DNA of 63,078 nt, the filler included, from Collodictyon triciliatum (Eukaryota): the NCBI GenBank assembly GCA_043381765.1. It is 7 parts of 7 records of this genome, joined end to end, with 100 filler letters (N's around TTAATTAATTAA, not from the genome) between each part and the next. Parts side by side here need not be neighbours in the genome. Positions count along the whole stretch, not along the records: positions 43,224 to 53,921 come from JBHJMP010002592.1; positions 54,022 to 60,682 come from JBHJMP010002644.1; positions 60,783 to 63,078 come from JBHJMP010002676.1; 4 more parts are not named here. One strand, written 5' to 3'. Under the pieces are notes generated by a model. That model did no database searches. It was not told the DNA's origin and saw only the letters and a list, made by a program, of their open reading frames with translations. A program made the position numbers and the translations under genes. Shown in pieces: positions 48,473 to 61,006 of this stretch (its first letter is position 1; every line of letters starts with the position of its first letter).

Positions 48473-51400
48473 ATGGCTGAGAGTTTCTCTGGAGCTCCCA
48501 AGAGTTCGTCCTTACCAACAGCAGAGCGCATCGTCCGCGAGGTTTTTCTTTTCTTTTTCCTCCAGATCCCTAAAGAAAGGTGCGATTCATGCTACTGGTT
48601 CATCTGGATGTTGTATAGATTGATACTCAGAATAACATGAGCTTTTCTATTTACTCGTTAATACTCTACCGCACATCATTCAATCATGTACAATTTTGTT
48701 TGTAATTTCTCGAGCCAACTGTCGCTTTTATAGGTTCCGTATCCTGAAACGAAGACTTTATCGGGCGACCAAGTCTTCGACCATGAGGGAAAGCCAATAT
48801 TGGAGAATCTAAAAAACCATTTCTTTTCAGAAGGAAAACTACGCCGTGAGGACGTGAAACGAATCATCGATCGTGCTTCGGATATTTTGCGCAAAGAACC
48901 AAACCTCCTGAACATCGATTCACCCATCACAGGTTATTGCCATCGCTATCATCTTGATTTTTGTTACATTCTTCCTTTCAATTTTATGCAGGATGGTGGA
49001 GGTGTTGGCTTTGGTTCGCTAGCCATCGTTTCCAATCGCTATCATCTTGATAATCAGAAGCCAATGTTATTTTTCTTTTCGAACGAACTAATATTCATAT
49101 TATGGATAAGTTGATTTGTGATATTATGGAAAATACTATTTTTTTGATGCACAATCTCTGATTTTTCTTGGCTCTGCGTGATCACAGTCTGTGGAGATAT
49201 ACACGGGCAGTTCTACGATTTACTCAAGTTATTCGAAGTTGGTGGGGCACCCGGTGCTACTCGCTATCTTTTCTTGGGCGACTATGTCGACCGTGGAAAT
49301 TTTTCCTGCGAAGTAAAGAGCGTTTTTTCTCCCTTAACAAATATCACAATTGCCATGTTTAATAGTTTAGCAGTTATGATATAATACATCTAAATAATGG
49401 GCTATTATCAATTTATCTATGAAAAAAAAAGAACTACTTTCTTATTATTCCCTACTCAATTAGCAGAGAGAATACGTACTTTATCTATTATCACCCATTT
49501 CAATACCACCATATGACTGCGACAGGGAATCAATTAAAAATAATTAAATATGAATACGTTACACATCAGGTCGTAATGTACTTGTATTCCATGAAAATAC
49601 TGTATCCAAATTCTTTCTGGATGATTCGTGGCAATCATGAATGCCGGCATTTGACTGATTACTTCAACTTCAAGGAAGAATGTTTGTCATGCACAGCCCT
49701 TTGACATATATTTGTAATTCAGATGATGATTTATCAAGACTACCCTATCTTTTTTTTCAATCTTAAATTGAAAATCTAATTGTTTTGTTTTTTTACATAG
49801 GCAAGCACAAGTATGACTTGGAGATATACGAAGATTTTATGGTATCATTTGATTGTCTTCCTATTGCAGCAATCATGAATGGACAGTTCTTTTGTGTCCA
49901 CGGAGGAATTTCTCCTGATGTGCGCACGGTAATCTTGACTCAACTATACTACTCAATTTGTGGGGATGATTCTGTGGATAATTCAAGAATATGTTAAATC
50001 CTTAGAAAGTGGCAAATAAACTCGATTTACAAGAAAGTAAAACGAAACACTTTTTTTTTTGTTGTCTATCTAGCTAGATGATATTAGAAAAATCAATCGA
50101 TTCAGAGAACCTCCACCAAACGGACCGATGTGGTAATACTTTCTCAGAGTCACACTTTAATCGAATAATCAGATAGCTATAGCACAAATCCTCGCAAATA
50201 TACTCATAATTTAACTTTTCATGTTCTATTTAGCGATCTGATATGGTCAGACCCTTTGGAAGATTATGATACAAGCGAATCTACATTTATGCCCAACGAT
50301 ACTCGTGGATGCTCCTATTTCTACACGTATTTTGATTGATTTTATCATATTGATGTCGAATTTATCTTGTTGCAGAGGAGCTAACGCACTAAATTAATAG
50401 AGAACTTGATAATATACCTTCTAAATGTAGAGTCTGAGGTTTAGCCTAACATTCCATTGTCAATAATACAGATACAACTCCGTTTGTAACTTTTTGGACC
50501 AGAATGGCCTTCTTTCTGTAATAAGGGCACATGAAGCACAAGATGCTGGGTATTTTTTTTTCAATAAAATGCTATATTTTTGAAAAGTAACTACGATTTA
50601 TTGGAGCATGAAAATGATGTCAAAAAAGCATCGCATCGACTTAGCTGGATTAAAATGCGGGCAGTTTGAAAACGGGTTACTCAGTTCCCCTATAAACAAA
50701 TGATTAGTTACCGAATGTATAAAAAGCACAAGACAACAGGATTTCCCACTGTAATTACACTATTTTCTGCACCAAACTACCTCGATGCATACAACAATAA
50801 AGGAGCCATCCTGAAGGTATTTCTTTTTAAAATGATCATGTCTCTAGTATGACGTTCTGACCAAATACTACTCAAATGCTTTGTATGTTTTCAAGGCATT
50901 AAAATTTTAATCCGCCTCAAAAAATTCCGATAAATCGATCATTCTCATGCCCCATTTTTTAATTAATGTATCAAATAACTTGGGCCGGTTCCCTTTTGTC
51001 TTTCCCTTTGAACAGTACGAAAACAATGTCATGAATATACGGCAATTCAACTGTGTTCCACATCCGTATTGGCTTCCCAATTTTATGGATGTCTTCACGT
51101 GGTCAATGCCTTTTGTGGCTGAAAAGAGTTTGAAATTATCTAATTTACAATTACCATACAACATACAAAAGAATAAGATGAAATTAAAATCAAATACCCG
51201 AGCATTATAATATTTTAACATTCCTGGTATATTTGATTGTTCTATTATTTATTACCTATTGCATACTCAAAAAACTCTTTTTTTTTAATCAATAATAGTC
51301 ACAGACCTCCTATTGACTATCTTGAATCTGTGCGATGACAACGAGACAGACGACATTCCCACAGAGGAGGAAGAGAGAGTTCGCCGCGAGGTTATTAAAA

Positions 51401-52166
51401 ACAAAATTCGATCGGTTTCCAAATGGGCCCGTATGTACTCTGTTCTTAGGTGAGCCATTCTTGTTGTGATATTCAAAGCGTATAGTGTCTCTCTGATTCA
51501 CGAGAATTTCGTTCTAATTCTATCTGGTGTCTTTATTCTTCATATCTCTAAAATCCAGCTCACGTGATATCTAAACATGCACTTTTCTGTCTTTTTCTTT
51601 CTTTTTAATATCTATGAGATGAGATCTAATCATCGAAAATAATCTCACCCTACTTGTTTCACATTCACCCAGACAAGAGAATGAAGCGATTGTTCAACTG
51701 AAGAGCTTAACTAGTGGAGGTAAGATTCCACAAGGGCTTCTCTCAGCTGGTCCGCAAGCCATATGGGACGGTGCGTTTCCCTTTCATTTCTTCCGATATC
51801 ACTCCTCATTCACTCTTTTATATATACACCCATGTTAAATGTCTGCACAATCTTGGAGAGTTCTTCTTTCATTCAAGGAACAAAATAGCAGGAGAATGAA
51901 TGTATGAAAAAACAGTATTATCATCGCGAGCAAAATTATATCATTCATCTATTTGTTTTTTTTTCTTTCAACCCTGCATAGCTGTCGCTACCTTCGAAGC
52001 AGCACGCAAGGCAGACATGATGAACGAAAAGCGACCGAATGCCGCAGAACCAAAAAGCTCCTCCAAAGCAGGGTTTGGATATACCTTTATAACCACCACC
52101 ACTAGAATCAAACTCGCTATGCTGAATACAACAACACACACTCACCTTAGTCTTTGCTTCGGCTGA
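48473..52166 (+). CDS. PPP3C: Calcineurin A (PP2B catalytic subunit); about 14 exons
   Basis: [47 protein letters not shown]-binding [16 protein letters not shown]; CaM-binding [12 protein letters not shown]; autoinhibitory [16 protein letters not shown]. Confidence 0.96.
48942..49051 (-). mobile_element. Short retroposed insert, family C, with 17-bp TSD, in calcineurin intron 2
   Basis: ATCGCTATCATCTTGAT at 48942-48958 and 49035-49051; related sequence at 60880-60925. Confidence 0.75.
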
Positions 52167-53036
52167 TTCACTGCTGCCCTTTCCTTTCCTTTTATTTTCT
52201 TTCCCTTCTTTCCCTTCTTTTCCTTCTTCCATCTTTTCCTTCATCCTTTTCATTCTTTCCCTTCATCCTTTTCATTCTTTCCCCCCAACAGAAACTCTCT
52301 GTTCCTGGGCTCCAATCGACGCGGATGAAACCCACCGTGGGTGGTGTGTTTCGCGCAGACTCTGCTGACTCGTCCCCAACGCCACGCGCCAACCCAACCC
52401 AACCCAACCCTGCTTCGTCCAAAAACTCCATTCCTAAAACCCCTTCGCTTTTCCGAGCAAATTGGAAAGCGCCTACCGAAACGTTGCACTCCGGCTCATT
52501 CGACCCTTTATGGTACAAGAAAAAAATGATACTAATAGTCAATTGACACAATGGATAGGACGATGAAAAGAATAATGAGAATGGATAATGAGAATATCAT
52601 AGACAGTGTTAACGAGAATAGCATAAAGTATAATGGCAGGAATAGCGAATGGAACAACGAAAAGAAGATTCCATTCTTTCTCTTTCTCCCGCCTCTTCCA
52701 TCTCCAGGCGTGTGTGAGTGACGTATGCACATCCCCTCAAAATGCGTCTTAGGCCGATCAATGACGAGATCGCAGCCCAAGCGACAACTCGACTTCAAAG
52801 AAGTCACAAGACCGCTGCAAGAATGATAGCAATAGCAATTGCAAAGAAAAAAAAAGGTGAAAGGAGAGAACAGAGTAAGTTTGTAAAGGAGCAAAAGGCG
52901 TGGCCTTTCGAGTGGATTCGACCCGCGAAGCAAAGCCAAAGCCCAGGATTCAGTCGCAAGCAGCCGGCCTGTCTATGCGGCGGCAAAGTCTGCTCTCTTG
53001 GCTCACCCACCACAAACATGCAGGAATCCATCTGCC

Positions 53037-53676
53037 ATGGCCGTCACAACCGCTGCCGTCCAAGAGACCAATCGCCGCCTACGCCATGCTTTTGAGACAG
53101 GCAAAACGCAGTCCATGGACTGGCGTCTGGGACAGCTGAATCGGTCTCTTTTTCTTTTTCTTTTTCATTCTCTCTCTTTCACTCTCTCTTTCACTCTCTC
53201 TCTTTCACTCTCTTTCATTCACTCTCTTTCATTCACTCTCTTTCATTCTCTCTCTTTCATTCTCTCTCTTTCATTCTCTCTCTTTCATTCTCTCTCTTTC
53301 ACTCTCTCTTTCACTCTCTTTTTCATTCTCTCTCTTTCATTCTCTCTCTTTCACTCTCTCTTTCACTCTCTCTTTCACTCTCTCTCTTTCACTCACTCTC
53401 TTTCATTCACTCTCTTTCATTCACTCTCTTTCATTCACTCTCTTTCACTCTCTCTCTTTCATTCTCTCTTTTCTTTCACCCAACTCGAGTAGAGCAGCAC
53501 AGGCACTTCTAACCTTGGCACATTTTTTCCCTTTTCTTCTTCATAATATTGGTATTGAAAGAATTGAGGCACTCCTGACTGAGAACTACGAGGAACTTGC
53601 GCAGGCCCTGAAGCTGGATCTTGGGGTCAACCAGGCATTCTCGTCTTTGATCGAGCTTAAGGCAGCACAGAATGAG
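53037..53676 (+). CDS. Class 3 (fatty) aldehyde dehydrogenase, first two exons; 3'-partial
   Basis: RLRHAFETGKTQSMDWRLGQLNR|IEALLTENYEELAQALKLDLG matches the ALDH3 N-terminus. Confidence 0.85.
53145..53478. repeat. Degenerate (TCTCTCTTTCAY)n intronic array
   Basis: Direct observation. Confidence 0.9.
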
Positions 53677-53803
53677 GTCTGTGAAAGGTGTTTCCAGCAT
53701 CCACTAATAATTTGCATAGCATCATATATATTATATTTTAAACTTTTTTTCGAATGCTTAACACAGAAAAGTCAGAATTCATTTAAACACAATTAAATAT
53801 TCT

Positions 53804-53921
<118 letters not shown>

Positions 53922-54021
53922 NNNNNNNNNNNNNNNNNNNNNNNNNNNNNNNNNNNNNNNNNNNNTTAATTAATTAANNNNNNNNNNNNNNNNNNNNNNN
54001 NNNNNNNNNNNNNNNNNNNNN
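53922..54021. other. Artificial contig spacer
   Basis: N44-TTAATTAATTAA-N44. Confidence 0.98.
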
Positions 54022-54242
54022 AGTGAGATAACTTTATCTTTAATCTCTTTTGTAACCATTCTTGTTTTTTTTTTTTTTTTTTTTTTTATTAATATTATAT
54101 TTTAATTTTTTTTATTTTTTAATTTTTTTTTTTTTTTTTTTTTTTAATAATATGACATATGAAATTATTTCACACTATAAATGTTGTCTCTTTTTCACTT
54201 TAGGACGTTTGATATTTCCCTTAATCCGATATCGGTGGACAG

Positions 54243-56066
54243 AATAAAATTGTCCAATATGTTGAATGAAATAGCTAGCGATGTAAGTATCTCATCATCT
54301 CGGCAGTCCAGAGAAATGCAAGAACAAAATATTTTTTTCTTTTTGTTCTATACAAACATATCACATACATGTAGATTTTCAAGCTTCATGAAGAGATATC
54401 GCTGGTTCCATCATCTTTCAAGATTGAGGTAAATTTACACCATATGTTCCTTAAAAAATCAAATCATTATACACTTACATATGCGGGGCTTTTTTAAATT
54501 TATTTCTTAAATTTTATTTGCTCGTGCCTATTGAAAAGAAACAAAATCAATTCAGGGTTCCTTCATCAGTTGTATCGGCCGTAGGAATTACATGGAAGAT
54601 TTTGTTTGTGTGGTCCCCTCAATGCTGGGAAAATACACATTCTTTGGAATATTTGATGGTAAACAACCCATAGTTTCCTGAGTAAACAAAAAAATGGCAC
54701 TCCCTTATGCTTGATATTTCGTTTAGGTCACGACGGAAAGGAAACTTCACTGTATCTAAAGTCACATTTTCCCCAGGTAAGAATTACATACGTTTAGACC
54801 ATTTAGGGTTGGATAATTGCTATCCGGGGCGATATACTAATTTCGACATGTGAATAGATACTTGAGAGAAACTTGAAAATTCTTTCTCCAAAGGAAGCGC
54901 TAAGAAAGTGAGGAATTTGATATTATCGATAATACCTATATTTGGATTTATAATTTTCCTTTCCACCTTATCTATCAGTTGCTGTTCTTATTATAATTTT
55001 CACTTAATTATGATTAACATGTACCTTTTTTTTTTTTTAGGACATACGATGACACTGAGCGAGCGCTTCGCTTTGCCTCAATCGGCACATCCGGAAGCAC
55101 CTCGTTAACAATACTTGTTAGTTTTGTTTTTATTAACATAAAAATCATACCTTGCCAACAGCTAAGTCTGTCGTGAATAAAAAAAAAAAAAAAAAAAAAA
55201 AAAAAACATAAAAAATCATACCTTACTTGATCACTTCCGTTTATGTAAAAGTTAACATGATGATGATTTTTTTTTTCTTACAGATTCTGAATTTTGGCCT
55301 TTTTTTTTTTTATTCTGAAAAGATGGACCACGACTACATCTACTGCGCTAATGCGGGTGATTCAAGAGCTGTTCTATTCCGACAAGAAGATTTCATCAGG
55401 CTGTCTACTGACCATAAGCCATTTGTAAGGGCAAACTTTACATTGTGGCGAAATCAGATGAATGACTATTTGCTTTTATTAGTCGCGAGAAATTATCATG
55501 GTAATCTAAGCTCCTCAGTCTATTATTTATCGTGCCACTACCCTCATATCCAGGTGACAGAGGAACACAGCAGAATACGTGAGAGTGGAGGATTTGTAAC
55601 CGAAGATGGCCGAGTGTCGGGAATCTTATCCATGTCACGCGCTTTTGGAGACTATCATCTGCATCCTTATGTCACATGGGAACCGTCTATCCGAACAATT
55701 CCAAGGTACACATCAAGATAACTGCAACTATTGCTATTAACTATGTTTCATCCATGACATATTGAAGTAGATAGTGGAACTGGAATACACTTTTCTAGAC
55801 ATTTTTGCTCCTGATTGACAAAAACCTCTCTTGTACAATTAAGATCCGATTCTGATGAATGGTTGGTTCTTGGCAGCGACGGGCTCTGGGACACAGTGCC
55901 TGACAAAATGGCATTCGGCATTTTACAAACATGCAACACAAGCAAAGAGGCTGTTTACAAGCTGCGTGACAGGGCTTTCCTGAATGAAAGCGCAGATAAT
56001 ACATCGGTTGTAGCACTACGCTTTGTGAACGAAAGTTTTCGGACGCGCTCATCCCAATCTCGTTGA
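54243..56066 (+). CDS. Protein phosphatase 2C (PPM) domain protein; 5'-partial
   Basis: GRRNYMED; FFGIFD|GHDG; SGSTS; YCANAGDSRAVL; STDHKP; LSMSRAFGD; LVLGSDGLWD; SADNTSVV. Confidence 0.92.
55135..55224 (+). mobile_element. Ultra-short poly(A)-tailed retroposed insert, family B, with about 19-bp TSD
   Basis: AACATAAAAATCATACCTT [GCCAACAGCTAAGTCTGTCGTGAAT(A)~26] AACATAAAAAATCATACCTT. Confidence 0.85.
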
Positions 56067-56589
56067 TATCTCTGACTTTACCATTTCCATCACATCCCAT
56101 ATTAATCTACATGCCCATCAACAACACTTCCTTTCTACATCGTATCATCTCCATTTTTTTTTAATTTTTGACAATTCTGTTTACATCATTCCATAACAAA
56201 GTACGCCCTGAATATGTTATAGTTTTACATGCTCATTTGTATGCATTTTCCATAAATATTCATGACTAGGATCTCTTACAGCTGATGTTTTGCCGCTACT
56301 GTTTCGGTAAAGCCACAAGGGGAGTGTTATAATTATTGATATATTTCATGATATCGATTATTTTTTTTAGCTGCAGCGAAATGCGTCTTCTGGGAAATAA
56401 TCATAACTTGAAGACAGTTGTCAAGTTTTTTGAATCAGAGTCATGTCCATTTGCTGAGATGTATTTGTGTGTTCCTTCGGTTGTTTATGTCACACAGAGT
56501 ATATACACATATTAAAGAACGGATAATAGAATAAAAGAGTATGCTAGAGAACGTCTTTCTTAAAATGCTGCAACTGGGAGCACACAACC

Positions 56590-59500
56590 TTGACAAGCCC
56601 TTCTGCTGCCTCGTTCTTGCATTGCGCTTCGTTGTTTTCGGGGTCGGAGGCGAATCTCTACATATCTGCAACAAAGATTTTGGGATCTTTTGAGGTTGAT
56701 GTCGGGGGTGTGAAAAGGGATGTTGCAGAGGGCTTTCTTTGCGAGAATGAGCCCCACTTCTCCTTTCGCTCCTTAGCCTGGATATTTTTACATAATCTTT
56801 TTTTTAAGAAAAAAAAATGGGAAATGAAAAGATTTCACTTTTCCTGATATAATAATATGAAACTCTTCATGTTGAATATGACCACCCACACACGGGCGAA
56901 AGAAGGAAGAAAGAAGAAAAAAAAGAACATACGGACAAAGGTGTATCACCAGTTTTGACTTCTTCCTGAGTAATTAAGACGGATGGAAGAGATGACGACT
57001 GATCGAAATAAAGAAGTTATAGAAGTTAGTGTATCCCTGATGACAGGCCAATAAAAAGTGAATTATTCTCACAACACTGGGCGAGTACCTTAGAGAACGG
57101 AGATATACCACTGTCAGAGAACGTAATCTGGAAAAGTTCTGCGTTCGAATATGAACCATTTCCAAGTATATCAGAATATCCATTCTTTTCAGCATCCCGA
57201 ATGATTCGGTTGAAGTCCAGGCTGTATTTCTGAGCGCACGTTAGGCATGGGTTTTGTAATTCATAAAAATATAATTCTTCTTGTTGGTGCCTTTAAGCTG
57301 TGAAAAAAGCAAAGGAATACAAGGTAATCCATAATAAATCTAAAATATCATATTTTTTTGGCAAAGTTTCGGCAGGTGATTAGAATTACCGGTTTCGGGC
57401 CGAACCTCTCAGTTCTGGAGAGGAATGAACTCGTTCCTACAGGACTAGAACTGCGTTTCGGATGTACCGCGGGGATAGTGGGTGGAGCCTCTTGAGTTCC
57501 GGTTGGCTAGTATCGGGGAGGCAATCTAGTTAACACCATAGAGTACTATTGACTTTCATTTAAAATATGTTGGTCTGGTAGATTATGCATACATAAAAGG
57601 CTGCATACATGACCAGAGCCAGGCCGGGAGGGGGCAGTTGGGGATGGGAAACCACGCCCCGCTGATGAGTATTTCCTAGATGGCCTCCTATCACTGAAGT
57701 TTCCATTAGCACTGAGAGGGCTTACACTGGGCCTGTTTGCTGTAATGCTCGTAGGCTGCGATGTCGCACCGAGGAAGTCCGAATGCCGGGGAGCTCTAAA
57801 CCGAGGGGCATATATGGTGATTATTGCTATGAAATCCCAAAGCAACTTTGCAACAAACTGAGACGCGACTGCTTACATATACACACATAAGTAAAATAGC
57901 GATTTGTGCATAGGCTGAAACAAATAAAACTATGGGGTGCATAGTAAATTCATGAACTCACTTGGAGAAACCAAATGAACACGAACGTGGTTTTGTGGAT
58001 GTTTGGGATTTGGTGGGTTCGTAGTACCCTGGACCGATTGCGGAACTGGTTCTATGATGGATAAATGCCTCGACTTAATAGATATTGAATTGATGTATCC
58101 TTCGTGTATGTTATACTGCAGGGAAAGTCATGAGTGAGTAATGATATATACAAGATAATATATCTTCTGTCATGATCTTTTTATGAATTTTGTGATTCAA
58201 ACGATGAACCCATATGTTTCCTCTTTTTTCTTTCTTTCTTTTTTTATTGTTCTCTTCGTCATTTGGACTAATCCATAAATGATATCCACCTATTTGCAAG
58301 TGCAGGGTCACCCGGACCACCTTTTCCAAAACGAGTCGTACTTGACTGAAAGCTGCTGGTAGGTTTCTTCATATTAGGACGGGCTGGTTCAATTTCATAG
58401 GACCCTGGTCCGACAGCGTGCACAGCCTTATATGTTATGGATTAACGAATGGAAACATTGGCAGTTAGAATGACATGCAAATCGGTAGCTGGCTGAAATG
58501 ATGAAAAATATCAATCGAATGATATTTTCCCCCACACATCTATATATACTCTTCAGGTACTTATGATGAAACCTTGTTTTGAAGTGGTTTTCTTGATGTT
58601 GTGAGAAAGCTACTAGATGGCTTCGAAAGGTCTCGGTGCGTTGTATTCGATGAAATCTCGTACTCTCCAGGTCCTAAAAATATGGTGGATATGGTCAGAC
58701 AGACGAAGATAAATATTTTTATGAAACAAATTAAATGATATTGTCGCCTGTTAGCGATTAAGAAAATAGGGATACGTGTAGATATACACTGATTAAAATT
58801 AAATCTTGGTACCGAGAGTTGTGGGAGGTTCAAGGACGAATCTGGGAGTTTTGGATTTGAATATTGAAACCACACCTCCTTTTTCCTAGTTTTTGTCGAA
58901 AGGAGTTTACGTATCAAGAGTACCAATTAAGTATATGCCTAGAAGAATGTCTAATATTCATAAATACAGATATACTACATAAGGTTTTCCTGACTAGAAA
59001 TTAAGAGGAGTTACGAGAGTGTTTTCTGGATGCAAGATAGATTCTTGAATCTTTCTTGATGTCGCATCTCTCTTGAGCTCTGCCGCCGCTGATTAAGATG
59101 AGAACCAGTAATCGGGACTTTGTGAGATATTTAATAACAAAGATTGCATGTCTACTTATTTTGTTTATAGTGCTACCAATAAAATATTCGAAAAGGTAGA
59201 GGTGGTGATAATGTTTCTCTTACAATCGTGTATGGGTGAGAAAATCGACTCCATCAGACAACCAAGCCATACGTGCAATGAAAAATTGTATTCATTATCA
59301 AGATAAACATCAGAACTAATGAGTTCTGGATAATTTTGTTGTATTCTCTTGAGATATAGCACAAGCCGATCTTCATGGACCTGAAATAAATAATAGTAAA
59401 GAAGAAGAAGAAAAAAGTAATATTTAACATGTCATGCCGGCAAAGACCTTGAATTGAAATGCAAAGTTTTCATCTTGTAAATAAATATATCAATAAATAA

Positions 59501-60209
59501 ATCAAGCATGACAAGACTACTTGTGTAAGAACTGATTATATCAATAAATCAACATAGTATACGATATCAGTTCCGAGTTTTGTGAAAGTTTGTAGGGCAT
59601 CATCAAACTCAACAAGATAGTCCTTATCAAAATCAGCCGCCTCAAATATATCTGTGAGTTTCCTCTCCAGTATATTGATAAACATGTAAAAATCTATCTC
59701 ACTAATAAAAAAAGGAGTTATTAACACCACTTAGAGAAAAATAAAGCCCTGTATAACATAACATAACATAACATAACGAAAAAAACAAAACAAAACAAAA
59801 AACAAAACAAAAAACAAAACAAAAAACAAAACAAAAAACAAAACAAAAAACAAAACAAAAAACAAAACAAAGAACAAAACAAAAAAAAAAAACGTAGCAC
59901 AGCATGCCATACTTTCTGATAGTTGGGTCATGAAAATCGTCTCGTAAACCAAGTTTCGAGAGAAGCTCCTGTGAGATTAGGAGAAATGCTTTTATGACCT
60001 AAGACATAACCCATTTCTATAGCCATAGATACATAGAGCAGTGGGGCTCTCTCACTTTTGTATTCCTGATCATGATAAGCCTAAAGAGAATATATATAAA
60101 CGCTTACAATCAACTGTCTCTGATCGATGTAGCCGCGCTGGTCATGATCAGCATCGGAGAAAGTCTGCTGGAGCGATCGCAGCCGATTGCGAGTCAAACA
60201 TGCTCCCAT
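56590..60209 (-). CDS. Predicted N-acylated protein with EF-hands and SHIPPO/STPG (PGPGxY) repeats; 3' end uncertain
   Basis: MGACLTRNRLRSLQQTFSDADHDQRGYIDQRQL; DPTIRNEIDFYMF; DIFEAADFDKDYLVEFDDA; SIFKSKTPRF..LGPGEY; SSSFLTTSR..VGPGSY; SSFQSSTTRF..IGPGYY; SSFLSRTERF; exon phases compatible throughout. Confidence 0.72.
59755..59892. repeat. (AACAT)n followed by (AAAAC/AAAAAAC)n intronic array
   Basis: Direct observation. Confidence 0.9.
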
Positions 60210-60596
60210 TCTCACTTATTATAATCTCGCGGTAAAACTAGTTTTGAACAGTTGAGTGTCGAACGTCCGACTGACTCGTTGGCGAACACAAAGTAGCTCG
60301 CGGATCCTCTGTGCTTATTGAACAGATATATGGTGATTCCTTAGGCGTTGCCTTTCTTTTTTGTTTTTTGTTTTTTTCTGTTGCATTTCATACATACCAA
60401 CTAAAACGCTCACAACGGTCAACCTTCCACTTGCATGATAATCAACAGTATTTTATTTCCACTAGAAGGGGTATCCAATCTTTCGATTGGTAAACCCAGT
60501 GTGCTAGTATCCAAGGTCTCACCACTTTTTTCATAAAGATTGTGTAGTGGTGAAGGCTGCCTGGAAAGACCCAACAGCCTGTTTTTTAGAGGAATG

Positions 60597-60629
<33 letters not shown>

Positions 60630-60682
60630 TTTAATATTTTTTTTTTATTTTTTAATTTTTTTTTTAATAATAACATTTTTTT

Positions 60683-60782
60683 NNNNNNNNNNNNNNNNNN
60701 NNNNNNNNNNNNNNNNNNNNNNNNNNTTAATTAATTAANNNNNNNNNNNNNNNNNNNNNNNNNNNNNNNNNNNNNNNNNNNN
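60683..60782. other. Artificial contig spacer
   Basis: N44-TTAATTAATTAA-N44. Confidence 0.98.
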
Positions 60783-60925
60783 TCATTATTCATTATTCAT
60801 TATTCATTATTCATTATTCATTATTCATTATTCATTATTCATTATTCATTATTCATTATTCATTATTCATTATTCATTATTTCAATTCATGCGAATTGGT
60901 GGAGGCTTTGGCTTTAGTTAGCTAG
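60783..60925 (-). mobile_element. Family C repeat copy whose 3' tail is an (AATAATG)n array
   Basis: 60880-60925 aligns with 48976-49022 (about 37 of 47 positions by eye); heptamer array at 60783-60880 is directly downstream on the minus strand. Confidence 0.65.
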
Positions 60926-61006
60926 ATCCCTCTCACCGTTTATAACGGTGTTGAATATTAATTAAAATATGTTCAATACAATATGTGCTTTATTGTTTAA
61001 TGCCTT

